Shown: positions 1 through 11,528 of the stretch, one piece after another
Layout of the letters: each line of letters starts with the position of its first letter
Numbering within the stretch: position 1 is the stretch's first letter
Assembly (NCBI GenBank): GCA_008632985.1
Contig: QPGO01000358.1
Location: 1-41,461 of the forward strand
Source: Psammoneis japonica
Taxonomy: Eukaryota
Direction: 5' to 3'
Length of the DNA: 41,461 bases
Notes under the pieces: generated by a model
Seen by the model: only the letters and a program-made list of their open reading frames with translations
What the model was told of the DNA's origin: nothing
Databases searched by the model: none
Translations under genes and position numbers: made by a program

Positions 1-343
1 AAACATTGTGACGCTGACCACCGCTGGATCATTTGCTTCTGCCCACATTTCCTGCTGATTGCCTGGTGCGTTCTTTGACAAGCGCTCATGTCTCTCTTGA
101 GTCTCTCCACTTCTGCTCCACTTTCTGCCACTGCTCTACTCTAGCTGGCTAGTGGCAGCCTGCCACAAGAGAGAGAGAGAGAGATGGGATGTGGGGCCTG
201 CCTGCTGCAGGAGACATGACGGATTGCTTCGTAGAATTCTACGGCGCTGGTACAAAATGCGTGAATCAATCGCGCTTGTTTCACGTGTAACGCAATGGCG
301 CGATGGCCTATGGCCTCATTTTTTCACACAAAACGCATCGACC

Positions 344-2040
344 ATGAGGTTTGTTGCGAATCTCGCGTTGTTGGCATCGGCATGTAATAATGCATATGCT
401 TTTCTAAGTCCGGCACATACGACTTTCAACAGGGCAAAGACTTGTTTCTTGACGACGGGTCCTGATGGTCAACCGGCTTCGTCGTCGGAAGAGGATCTCG
501 AGTTGACGCGACAAATCATCCTGGATCACGTGGCTAGAACATCCATGACGGAAGAGCAACAAGATGAAGAGCAAAAAGAAGTCGTGCAAGCATCATCACA
601 TACTTCTGATCGACCGAAAAATGACCTCATGATTCGCGCAGCACTGGGAGAGCCAGTTGAAAAAACACCCTTGTGGCTGTTTCGTCAAGCTGGGAGACAC
701 TTGCCAGAATACAGAGAGTACAAGGAAAAGACCGGACGCAATTTCTTGGAAATGCTAGCAAATCCCGAGGCACGTGTGCTGTCAATGTGTTTTATATTTT
801 GCGTTGTGAATACAATATTTCTAAATCAATCATTTCACTTTTGATGTCTTTTATCAATCACGAACGCAGGACGTTGCCGAGTGTACCATGCAGCCGCTTC
901 GTCGCTATGATCTTGATGCGGCGATTTTGTTTTCAGACATCTTGGTGATTGCGGAAGCTCTTGGCATTGAAGTTACAATGCCTGGAGGGGTCGGCATTCA
1001 AGTGCCCAATCCATTGGCGTCCCCGGACGAAGTGGAAAGTCGTATTGCACCATCGTCCGAGATGACACCCGAGTTTGTCAAAGAGAAACTGGGACACGTG
1101 ATTACCAGTGTCAAATTGATTCGTGAGCAAATGGACAAAGAAAACAGGTCGATTCCGTTGATTGGCTTTTCCGCTGCCCCTTGGACACTCTTGTTCTATA
1201 TGGTTGGCGGATCGTCCAAGAAGAACAATGACATTGGAATGAAGTGGCTTAACGAGCATCCAAAGGAATCGACTCGGTTGTTGGATACGCTTACCAAAAT
1301 TGTCATTGAATACATGTCGGCGCAGGTGGAGGCGGGGGCGCACATGCTTCAAGTCTTTGAGGCCATGGGCATGATGATTGACGAGGAGAACTTTTTCAAG
1401 TTTGCAATGCCTTGCCTAGAAAAAATCGCCATTGAGCTGAAAGAGAGGCATCCCGACGTACCCCTCATGGTGTTTAGCCGCGGAGCAAGGTGAGGCCAGT
1501 AGTGTGGTATCGTCTTGTTGTTTTTTGTATCGTGGTGGTGCCGTTTCGGCCCATGCTATTGGGGTGTGTTGTCTTGTTTGTATTGCTTTTACTGTTTAAC
1601 GTCCGGTCGAACGATGCTGATTATGTGGTAATGACTGTAGTGATCTTTACTTCTTGCTTTGCTTGTTTGTCACGTCTAACTCACATCAATCACTCTTTTA
1701 ACCTTCCAGCTTTGCAAACGAGGCATTGTCAAAGGTTGCATATGACGTAATAACGATTGATGGCTCCGTACCTCGCGAGACCGCCAGGGAAGTGGTCGGG
1801 GGACGAGCCACGTTGCAGGGAAACTATGATCCTCGAGAGCTGATTGAGGACGGAACCAAAACACCCGAAACTGTTCGACAAACAGCTAAAGACTTGCTGG
1901 AAGCTCTTGGTCCGCAGCAACTCATTGCCAATTTGGGAGAGGGACTGGGAGGAAAAGAGAGTCCCGAGCTGGTGAATGTCTTTGTCAATGCAATTCATGA
2001 AGAGAGCGAAGCCATGATAAAGAAAGCAGCGTCATCCTAA
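344..2040 (+). CDS. hemE: Uroporphyrinogen decarboxylase, plastid-targeted; exons 344-769, 870-1489, 1710-2040
   Basis: Motifs [60 protein letters not shown]. Spliced joins give [12 protein letters not shown] and RGAS|FANEAL. N-terminus [23 protein letters not shown] is a signal peptide followed by Phe and a transit-like segment. Confidence 0.95.
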
Positions 2041-3096
2041 TTAAGCTAGAGCTACGACTTTTAATACCAATCGGATTGTCAAATAAATAGTGAGAATGCT
2101 TTGCCCAGAGGCTGGTCTTGGGTCTTGTGATCCTTGTGATACATTCTACACTCTCTAGAGAGCGCGTGCCGGGTGAAACTCTCTATGATGAGAAGCGACA
2201 AATTATCCAACTTCTTGGGGGGAGCTCCAAAGTGTAAAAGTGAAGGTTTAATGCTGCTGGCTACTTCTAGCTAGAAAGAGAGAAGCTTCGGCACTGTGTG
2301 TCAAAATTTTAAAATAATGCTGTCCAATGATGCTCGACACGATGGCTACTACGGTCCATAAGACACTTCCTGCTCTTTCCGTTGCAAAGTAGGTCCTCTA
2401 GCAATCTGTGTACATCGAAGAAAATGCGGAATAAAAAGCTAGTACCGTGTTTGCAAATCGGCACAAATGCAAGAAAAGTGATGGTGTCATCTCTTCGCTT
2501 CAATATCAAAATTTGCTCAGTCATTCTTGTCCCTTCACGTTTTCTGCTCTAGACATTGATTTCTATTGGGCGTTTTTAAATAACGATTTAGGGGTCATCA
2601 GTCTAATACTTAAATGTTTATGAATACCTTATGTGATGACCGTAACAACCGTTATTTACCAGATTTTTGGCCATGACCTTTTCTGCCAATTTCCCAGTAC
2701 ATATCCACTAAAAATGTCTGTACAACGGACGAAATTTTCGCCAACGCTTTTTCATTTTTTCAGGGGTTATCGTTGCCAAAATCACGCCCAAGAAATCAGC
2801 AAAAAAGCAGTTCAGCGACAACAACATGCCATTTTCATAAGAACGTTCAGGAGCTACGAGTTGGGTATCTCGTGTCCGACTCCATATCCCTCTCAGACAA
2901 GACACATCGCGCGTTTACCTTGGGTGTAATCAAAGTCTAACTGGCTTCGCCCCTTGAAGAAACGGTATCGCCTACAAATCGCAGAAACACGCGACGCGAC
3001 CTCTACTTCATTCACATTGGTGATCGCGAGTATTTCGCAAGAGCACTGCAATCGCCAACGTTGTTGTCAAACAACAAGTTCACACATTATAATATT

Positions 3097-4404
3097 ATGG
3101 TCATGGAGGCACATAACTTTCGAAGCAATCAAAGCAGAATGCCTCTCAGAATTCCAGATGCAATCATGACGGAGGAGGACTCCTCCATGGCTGGTGGGTC
3201 GCACTTCTCCACCGTTTCAGCCTTATCCGCAGGGTCACATACTGCTCGTTCGGCGTACTATGCCGGGACGATTCCTCCATCCCCAAGCCAGTATCGGTCT
3301 GCTCCATTTTTCTCTTCCAGCGCGTCTGTGACGTCCATGGATAGCGCAGACATCTCCCTGAAGCGAGATCGTGAGCGCGAAGGGAGATGCTCTGAATGTG
3401 GAATGCAGACACATGACATTCAAGTTGACCCAAGAACAAATCGTACAAGGAAAGTTGCGCTTACAGTGGAGAACGAAGTTCATCGCGGGCGGTGTTTGCT
3501 TTGTCACCCTATTAATACATCGCCTTCAGACAATTCCTCTGTAAATTCGGTGTCGACGCATGGCACTGGGAGAAGCCAGCACCACTACCACCAAAGTCTT
3601 CCGATTGTGCCGGACATTGTTGACAGCTCATCGTGTAACAACAGCAACATGAGTACCAGCAGTCACAATCCCAGCCTTAATCACCACCCCAATCAAGAGA
3701 TTCAACAGGCATTGAATCTGTTTCGATCTGAGTCCGCAGACTTGTGTGACGTCTTGGCCGCCATGCGGAGGTATCCCAATGAAGCCTGTATCCAAGCCCG
3801 GGGCTGTGAAAAACTGTGGGTTCAGAGCTACGATGAAGACACTTCGGCAGCGATTGGTCGAGTGGGCGGGATTGGTACCATCCTTGAAGCCATGACAAAG
3901 TTCGTACAAGTGGATCAAGTGCAACAATCAGGTTGTGAAGTCCTTCAGAATCTGGCCGACAGCGACGAGTACAATCGCGATGTGATCTGCGAGAACGGTG
4001 GCATCCTGGCGATTGTGCGCGCCATGGAAAACCACGGCACGAATCGAAAAATTCAAGAGAGTGCATGCACAGCCCTGTCCAACTTGGCTCTAAACCATGA
4101 CGTACACACCGAAATCATCAATACTGGAGGTTATCAAGCCATTATGAAGGCAGCACAAGGTCATTGTCACGACGAGAACGTCATGAGAGCCGCTTACCAG
4201 GCGTTACGTGCCCTTGGATATAACTCATCCTCCCCTGGTTCCCTCGAGCCCCCGACGGTGCCTCCACCACAACAACAGCGTCAAGACTCTTCGTCACACA
4301 CAAGTCGTCGATCACGAAGAAGCAGAGCATCCCACCAACACCAAGGGGGAGATGTTGTACAATTGGATGAGCACGGATTTCCGATTTCAGGAGTAAGACG
4401 TTAG
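3097..4404 (+). CDS. Armadillo-repeat protein with Ser-rich N-terminus and CxxC...CxxC segment
   Basis: Single ORF with ARM-like repeats (GGIGTILEAMTKF...VQQSGCEVLQNLA; GGILAIVRAMENH...IQESACTALSNLA). First ATG at 3097. Confidence 0.85.
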   Translation: MVMEAHNFRSNQSRMPLRIPDAIMTEEDSSMAGGSHFSTVSALSAGSHTARSAYYAGTIPPSPSQYRSAPFFSSSASVTSMDSADISLKRDREREGRCSECGMQTHDIQVDPRTNRTRKVALTVENEVHRGRCLLCHPINTSPSDNSSVNSVSTHGTGRSQHHYHQSLPIVPDIVDSSSCNNSNMSTSSHNPSLNHHPNQEIQQALNLFRSESADLCDVLAAMRRYPNEACIQARGCEKLWVQSYDEDTSAAIGRVGGIGTILEAMTKFVQVDQVQQSGCEVLQNLADSDEYNRDVICENGGILAIVRAMENHGTNRKIQESACTALSNLALNHDVHTEIINTGGYQAIMKAAQGHCHDENVMRAAYQALRALGYNSSSPGSLEPPTVPPPQQQRQDSSSHTSRRSRRSRASHQHQGGDVVQLDEHGFPISGVRR

Positions 4405-4695
4405 GATCGGGAAAGATACTTCTTAAACTTACTTGCATAAACTAATAATAAAGGAATGGGGAGACTTAAGGTTTGATGCTATGTATGAGTATTAGAACAT
4501 TTCAATATCCGTGTAATACAGAGACTCCCTGGTCACTTCGTGAAGCCAGGCGCACCCAATGACCGCAAAACTACTACTCGTGCTACTCTAGGTTCAGAGT
4601 CGCTCGGGCTTTGACCGATCGATCTAGGGCCTTAAGAGAACAGACCAAGATGATGAGTACGGTACGGTCGTGAGTCGTCGTGAATGGTGAGTTTG

Positions 4696-4950
4696 AGTCC
4701 GTTTTCTCCACGCACAAACTGCCGTGTGGATTTTTGTTGCATCCGTTTTCTACGTAAAACTGCCGTGTAGCTTTTGTTTTATAGTTAGACTCTACTACTA
4801 GCTAGAGCTAGAGTAGTAGTTCGTAGAGTAGAGAGTTGTTGCGATCGAGTAAAAATCGAGGATAGTCTGTCTGTATATCCGTTAGTTCACGCGAGTAAAA
4901 ATAGAGGATCGTCTGTCTTTGTCTCCGTTTTGCACGCAAAACTGCCGTGA
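4696..4950. repeat. Cluster of degenerate direct repeats: 3x TCCGTTTT..ACG.A.AACTGCCGTG and 2x ~46-bp GAGTAAAAAT.GAGGAT.GTCTGTCT...TCCGTT
   Basis: AAACTGCCGTG at ~4716, ~4757 and ~4939; tandem ~46-bp units starting at ~4847 and ~4893. Confidence 0.7.
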
Positions 4951-5101
4951 GCTAAAAAATTGCGCGGGTTTTTGTATCTTCGCGCCAACTGGAGAACTCC
5001 ATTTTCAATAATTGTTATGCCAATGGCCACCGGCACCGGCCAATCTATTATACTTGTCACTGCGATTGTTAAACCACCTCTTTGCGTATTTCCCGTTAAT
5101 C

Positions 5102-5398
5102 ATGTCTTCATCCGCGGAAAAATCTTCTGAAGAGCAGCAAGAAATGATGCTTTATGGGGATTTGGACGACACATCTGTTGCTGTTCCGACTTTTCGTCCG
5201 CTCAAGAAGCAACGCAATATCGCAGAATCAAACGATTTGCAGTCCCAAAACCAAGAGATTGAACGGCTCAAGTCCGAAAATGAAATACTCAAAAGAAATA
5301 TGGGGATCCTGTATCGGACGGCCAAGATGGAGATCAAGCGGAAAGATGCGGAAATCCAGTCCTTGCAGGAACAGTTGGAGGCGAGGGGCAACTCATAG
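5102..5398 (+). CDS. Small coiled-coil protein resembling the FLASH/CASP8AP2 N-terminal domain
   Basis: ENEILKRNMGILYRTAKMEIKRKDAEIQSL resembles the recalled human FLASH segment [30 protein letters not shown]; upstream MLYGDLD motif. Confidence 0.7.
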   Translation: MSSSAEKSSEEQQEMMLYGDLDDTSVAVPTFRPLKKQRNIAESNDLQSQNQEIERLKSENEILKRNMGILYRTAKMEIKRKDAEIQSLQEQLEARGNS

Positions 5399-6212
5399 TT
5401 CATCAGACGGAGTGGTTGATGCTGTCGTGTGGGCAGTCGCGACATTGGTTATTTCAGCTTAAAGAGACTGATTATTGTGGTCACGTCAACAATAACATTC
5501 GATTACTTACTGCTCTCTGGTGGAGAATTTGTGAGGCAAACTTAGAAAAGGATCTGGCCGACGAATTTGGATGGAGATCATGCTTCTCTAGGGCGCTGCG
5601 ATGCTGTGTCTCACTAGATGACGCAGTGTTCGTGTTCAGTTGGAGCGCTGGGGATCTTGCTCAAGAGGGCATTTGAAGAACGATTCTGTTATTCTGTTTT
5701 TGTCTTGCTTTCTGTCCCGAATATTGCGTCTGTAGACAATGACAGGAGGAAACATGCCGACAGATATTCTAGTTACAGTACTAACATCGTAGATAACTAT
5801 CGTACCATACTGTATGCTTGAAACCTAACAGCTGTTTTCCACCTACTGTGGTCTTGGGTCAGGGTCAGAATACCGGCACCGATTCTTTCGCTGTTCCGCG
5901 TTTTACATTCTAGAACATGTTCCGGTTACTCATACCCTCTAGAGGCTTGAGCCTTGTTTGATTTTCATCCAGAGTCGAGGGTGTTAGACTAGCATCGGCT
6001 ACTTCTACATACTACATCGATGCGGTGCGGTAGGTCACCTCTGCTTGTGCGCCATTTTCGTTTGCGGAAGGCCACGGCTTCTTGTATGAGATCTTTCTGT
6101 ATGTAGAACGTCCTTAAAATTGTACCGCGCCTGATGAGAACTCTCGATCGATCGATAGCTATGAATACGGTACTACTACTACGGTACTTCTAGCTACAGT
6201 ACGATACAACAA

Positions 6213-7115
6213 ATGGTCAAATTTTTCAGCAGATCGACAAAACACTCCTGTTGTATGGATACAATGGCGTCGTCGCGTGATGACTTCGAACGAGTTTGGG
6301 AGGAAATGATTGCGTTCATTCGTCCACCACATAATCGAACTGTCGAGGGGTTTCAAGCACTGCGTGATGATGGGAGGTCGGCAGCTGCTGCGTTCGGAGT
6401 CATTGCGTTTGGAACGGAGGAAGAAATCCAAACTCTTACAGACGCTGGAGCAGACATCTTAGCAGCTTTCGCACGCCACCCTCGGGGACAGACACCGCTG
6501 ATGATTGGCTGCCGCTTTGGCAATGAGTCGTCTGTTCGCTGGCTGTTGTCGCTGGTGGGCACCGCCAGTCGCGTGAACGCCATCAACGAACGTGGGGAAA
6601 CGCCGTTGCAGGCTTCCGTGCGGGGTGGGAACGAAAAAGTGACTCGACTGTTGCTGGAGCACGGAGCTGATGTTGGGATCGGAAGATTCACAGCTCTCCA
6701 CCATGCAGCTTTTTTCGAAGACCGGGTGCAAGTTTTGGATGAGCTTCTAAAATTCACTCCTGAGGCGGTCGATCTGGCAGCAACGAATGGCATCACTCCT
6801 TTGTTTTGTGCCATTGAATTTGAAAATGTGGAGGGGGCACGAATGCTCTTGCAGTACGGTGCGAACTTCAATTGGACTGATGCGGACGGCCGCACGGCCC
6901 TTGACTACGCTGTGATGAGCGGCAATGAAGCAATGGTTCTTCTACTTCTAGAATGCCATGCTAAGGAACTACGTCAAAAGAACAATGTGCATCCCCATGT
7001 GTGGGCCCATGCACTTGGAAGCATCAGCCAGAACACAGACGCTTCAAGCCGTGACGTTCTTTACTCTGTGCTCCACGAACTGCCAGATCTATTCAAAAAG
7101 CAAGACGCAGCGTAA
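6213..7115 (+). CDS. Ankyrin-repeat protein (about 5 repeats)
   Basis: GQTPLMIGC, GETPLQASV, FTALHHAA, GITPLFCAI, GRTALDYAV. Confidence 0.9.
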   Translation: MVKFFSRSTKHSCCMDTMASSRDDFERVWEEMIAFIRPPHNRTVEGFQALRDDGRSAAAAFGVIAFGTEEEIQTLTDAGADILAAFARHPRGQTPLMIGCRFGNESSVRWLLSLVGTASRVNAINERGETPLQASVRGGNEKVTRLLLEHGADVGIGRFTALHHAAFFEDRVQVLDELLKFTPEAVDLAATNGITPLFCAIEFENVEGARMLLQYGANFNWTDADGRTALDYAVMSGNEAMVLLLLECHAKELRQKNNVHPHVWAHALGSISQNTDASSRDVLYSVLHELPDLFKKQDAA

Positions 7116-7819
7116 AAATTCATTTTGAGGACACTTCAATGGTATAATAGTTTATCTAAACTAATGTCTAGTTTGTATCAACTTGTACATTGAGATGTAG
7201 GGCCTAGAACAATGGGCGGCAGCTCCTGCTATCTTTCAATATCGTTATATTCTATCTCCGGCGACTTCTTGGTCGACTCACAAACGACGTGTGTATTTAT
7301 CGGTGTGCAAATCGAAAACCTGAAGTGCAACACCAAACGAAATGGTATTGAGCCAAGAACTACCTCCTCAAGCTCAGACAATGATAACACCATCGTCCTG
7401 GATTGTACCAAACAAGCCGTTTGCCGTCTTTCCGGGTGTTTAAGGAAGACGTCGGATGCCTCATGTCGAAGTTGCCGAATAACAACCAAGGAGTCTTCAC
7501 CAGGTAGCGAGAGATTCCTCCGTTAAGCTGCAACGTTCGAGAGAGCGGATATCTACCCATTCAAATGTTTAACTTCTAGCTCAAATCCTGCTAATGCAGA
7601 ACTCTTTCTCTTCACTTACAACTCTGTATCCAGCGGGGTACTCTGCAACGACAGAGTTAGAGATGCATGCGACACGACAACAGTCTGCTGATGTTGCGCG
7701 CAGACGTACCTCTTACTTGGCTAGTTTATCCATGAACTCTTTATTCAGTAGGGTATTCTGCAAAGTCACATTAAAGGAATAGAGACGCACGCGATATGAC
7801 AACGGTCTGTTGATAGCGA

Positions 7820-9260
7820 TCAGGAGCAAGTAGTGGGTATTTGGACAAAGAAAGCGCCATGAAAGTTAGGAGCACAAGTAAGAAGAAGCAGTTTGAAACC
7901 GCAGATGAAATTCGAGACGTTTTTCTTACCAAGTTTCGTCACGGAAAAGAGAGACACGGATACTGGAATAATGCACATGCAGTGGTCTAGACAGAGGACG
8001 TTGTAGACTGCCTTCGTGGCTTCTATCCTGGATTTGATTTTGCGTTTCTGTACGATCAAAGTTCGGGACACGCCAAGAAACGACCAGAGTCCTTGAATGT
8101 TAGTGTCGTGAATGGCGGTTTCGGAGGGAGTCAGCCACCAATGCGAGACACGCTACTTACCGAAGAGATGTTTGGACCTTTAATTGACAAGATCGAGGTC
8201 CCTTCCGACGGTGGCTTGAAGGTTGGCGACTATCAAACCTTCACTTTTCCAAAGAATTCGACCGACCCAAGTTTGGACGGTCCAAAGGCTCTCAGCAAGG
8301 AAGAGCGAATTGAAAAGAAGCATCCAAAGCCTTTGCCTCTAAAGCAGGGAAAGAGGCGAAAGAAAGAAGATCTCAAACGAGATTTTGTTGCACGGAAGGT
8401 CATCAGCGACGACAGCAAAATGAAACTAGGCGAGCTCCAGCAACTCGCTCACGAATGTGAACCTCCAATCCCAACACACGAGCCTGCCACCCCAAGAGCA
8501 ACTAAACGACCGCGTACCAAGCCAGAACTCTTCAGTGAATTGCTTGAGAAGGGGTTAATCCGGCCGAATCGCACGCGTAACCTTGAAGAACTGCAGGATG
8601 TTGCTCGGCAAGCAAACATTCCAATCGAGAAAGACTTCGTTCCTATGACTAATAACTGGGATGGCGCCCCAAACAGCATTTTTCAGATATTGTACGAGAC
8701 TGATTGGATAGATCCTGCGAAGAAAGATCAGTATCGGGTCACCGCACCAAAGGAATGGTTAGATGTTGAGGGAAATGTCAAGCCAGAGTACCGAGACTAC
8801 GTACTTACCGATTTACTTGCGCGGCGCCGAGACTTTGCAGATGAGCTAACAGCACTCGAGACACTTGTAAGCAAGATATCAAATGAAGAATGTGCTATCT
8901 CTATCATTTTCTCTCCCAAATATCATTGTGAGATCGCAGGAGAAGGCATTGAACTGTGTTGGGGATTCCTGAAGAAATATTACCGACGAAAGTTCACGGC
9001 TGCGGAGAAGCATCGCAACTTTACCAAGTGTGTTGATGCAGCATTAGCTGCTACAGCTGCTCGAAATGACACTATAAGGTAGTATGCTGGTCATGTTTAT
9101 GGATACATGATGGCTTTTATCGGGCGATTGCGGAGGAACAAGGCGATGACGCGTCGGTGTCCTTCCAGCTTGTGGAGCAATTTCTCCGCCAGCATCAGTG
9201 CCACCGCATTTCTGTCGATCAGGAAGGATCCCTGATCGAAGAGGGCGTGTCTGTAGCATT
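7820..9260 (+). mobile_element. Degenerate IS630/Tc1/mariner-like DDE transposase (pseudogene)
   Basis: One frame reads GYWNNAHAVV*TEDVVDCL...FDFAFLYDQSSGHAKKRPESLN...GGSQPPMRDT...FSPKYHCEIAGEGIELCWGFLKKYYR. Premature stops at 7988-7990 and 9080-9082; frameshifted C-terminus (..QHQCHRISVDQEG). No TIRs found. Confidence 0.75.
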
Positions 9261-11528
9261 GAATAACGAGTAAAACATATTTATGCAAAAATGCATTGTT
9301 AGATAAATGATAGTACACAACAATCGTACATAGTGTCAGTCTCGCGTCAGCTCAACTCACCATCAGGAAACAGGCCCGATACATAGTTGCTTGTATGATT
9401 TTTTGGATGCTTGTTTTGATTCATAATCTGCTTGACCAAAATAGATCAACAATTTCGCTATGAACAACGCAAGTTCTTAGGGTGTATCTTGTGCTTCGTC
9501 TTGGAGCTTGGGGGGGGGGACACAAAAAATGGCAGTCGCGTGTGGAGCGTAGAGCTGCGTCTTCAGTTTGTAGGAGTACTCGTTGACACCCCGTCACCAC
9601 AAATTATGGACTGACGACAACCCTCGGTTGATAAGTTACAAGTCGTTCGCGTCTTTCTCTGTAGATCCGAAGGCCACCAGAAACAAAATTAAGACGCCGC
9701 CTAGATGGGGAAAGATGGAGCCGGAGAATTGAAATTGTTAGTTTGTTTGTCATGCCGATACTGTAAATGCATGATGCATCAATACTGCTTCAAATGTAAA
9801 CATACCTTTCTTTGGCACACAGCCTTAAGAGTTATCTGCACAACATTCTAGCCTCCTCGCTCACATTCCAATCGCATACTCTCCACGTCACCAAGATTTA
9901 CCCCAGTTTTCGGTCCCCGAACGAGGGAGTCCTACTAACCGGCACTCGGCAAGGTCATGGACGTCAATAGCCAACCCAATGCGCATTATGATTGTCATTA
10001 TTCGTGTTATTATCAACTGTAGCTTGCTTGGTTTGGTCCGAAAGGGAGCGTAGGACACGCCACAGCCCCATTCCGACATAAGGAAGAATGTTAATTGAAA
10101 CGAAATGGTGTCGATACCGACACGAAAGTATCACCCATTGTTCGTCCTTGGGGGTGATACATTGCTGAATATCCTCTCTATATGAGTGATGAAGACGACC
10201 ATGTCAAAGAAAATAAGTGAGATACCGAAACAAAAGCGCAATACAATTCGATAGCAACAGAGAGCGATAATGAGTATCGAATCGTGGTGTAAATACAAAA
10301 TCCATTTTTTCATCTTACAATTGGTCGATTACCTTCAAATAAGCAGCATAAGTTGTTTCTATATAATGAAAAAGACTAGTAGATAGCGTTGGTATTGTTG
10401 AAAGGGTCGGCAATAGCCTAACAAGCCGCTCCGATTCTCATGGTGTGTGCTGTTTTGAGTAATGATGCGCACACGTGACTGAATCAGTCCCGACCAACGT
10501 TATCTATGAGAGATAGTGCAGTGGACTCTCATCGTGTTGAACTTTCACCGTAGATTTCTACCGGTACAGTAGGTACTGTAGGCCTGCTGTATGTACTGTA
10601 CGTACGTACCGTGCGTACCGGTACGTCTTTCTTAGGGCTTCGAAGTTCTTTTTGATTCAGCCGACTAAACACTTTCTACGTAGATTTTGTACTGGCGCGA
10701 CGTCGTCAGAGGCCATCAGGAGTCGAACGCAACGCCGCAATGCAATTCCTACAACAGCCTGCTGCTGTGCGTCGTCGTCTTCACGTTGCTTGTCCCAAGA
10801 GGACCCGCCCATCATTAATCTTTCGGGAACAGTTAGTTCAGAAGCCTTGTGAGTGTATCGTTGGTGGCATCGTTATGTACTGATGCAATGGGTCGAAGCC
10901 GCGGCATGTATGCTGCACTTCGCGATTTTTCGCGAGGACGCGCAGAGTCATTTCGCCGCAATTCGTTCTGAAGTCTATCAACCGTAATTTCCTTTCAAGC
11001 GTGGAGAGAAAGGATACCCCGACAGCTCTGCTGTGTGTATGTGTGGGGAGGGGGTTGCGCTCTTGCGTTCGTGCTCTTGTCGTCATGGCCATCCTCGATA
11101 CGTCGCCTCTCTTGAGCGGAAGGTTCCTGCATCGCTGGTACACGTCGCCGTAGAATCTACGCAGATAGCATCTTTTTTGTTGCATTCAGATTTTCAAAGC
11201 TGTACACGCAAGGAATTGATGACGACTGCATTTCCGCTCCGAGCAGACAGCTCGTTATGAATTTTTTTTATTGTGACCTATTGTGTCTTTTTGCATAAGT
11301 ATTTGCTTCCTGCATATGCCCCTTCACTGGTCACAATTCCAAGGGTGTCATTCTTTTGGGCTATTCCCGTTTTTCGCCATCAATTCTGTTGGGCACGATG
11401 TGCTTTTTGTCAGGTCTTCTCACCGTCGTCCTGTGTCTTTCTGTCTCACCGAATATGAATGTTCTGGCATGATGCAAAGTGCAGACGTCTTCGATTTTTA
11501 ATCCATCCGCGCGGCGCTCCCAGTGGAA

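Noticed and set aside
152..343. GTG-initiated N-terminal extension of hemE
   Set aside because: It crosses a (GA)n tract, and ATG 344 begins a proper signal peptide.
9888..10079. VGLPRSGT sulfotransferase-like motif on the minus strand
   Set aside because: Isolated 8-aa match in a 63-aa ORF with stops just downstream and no further similarity.
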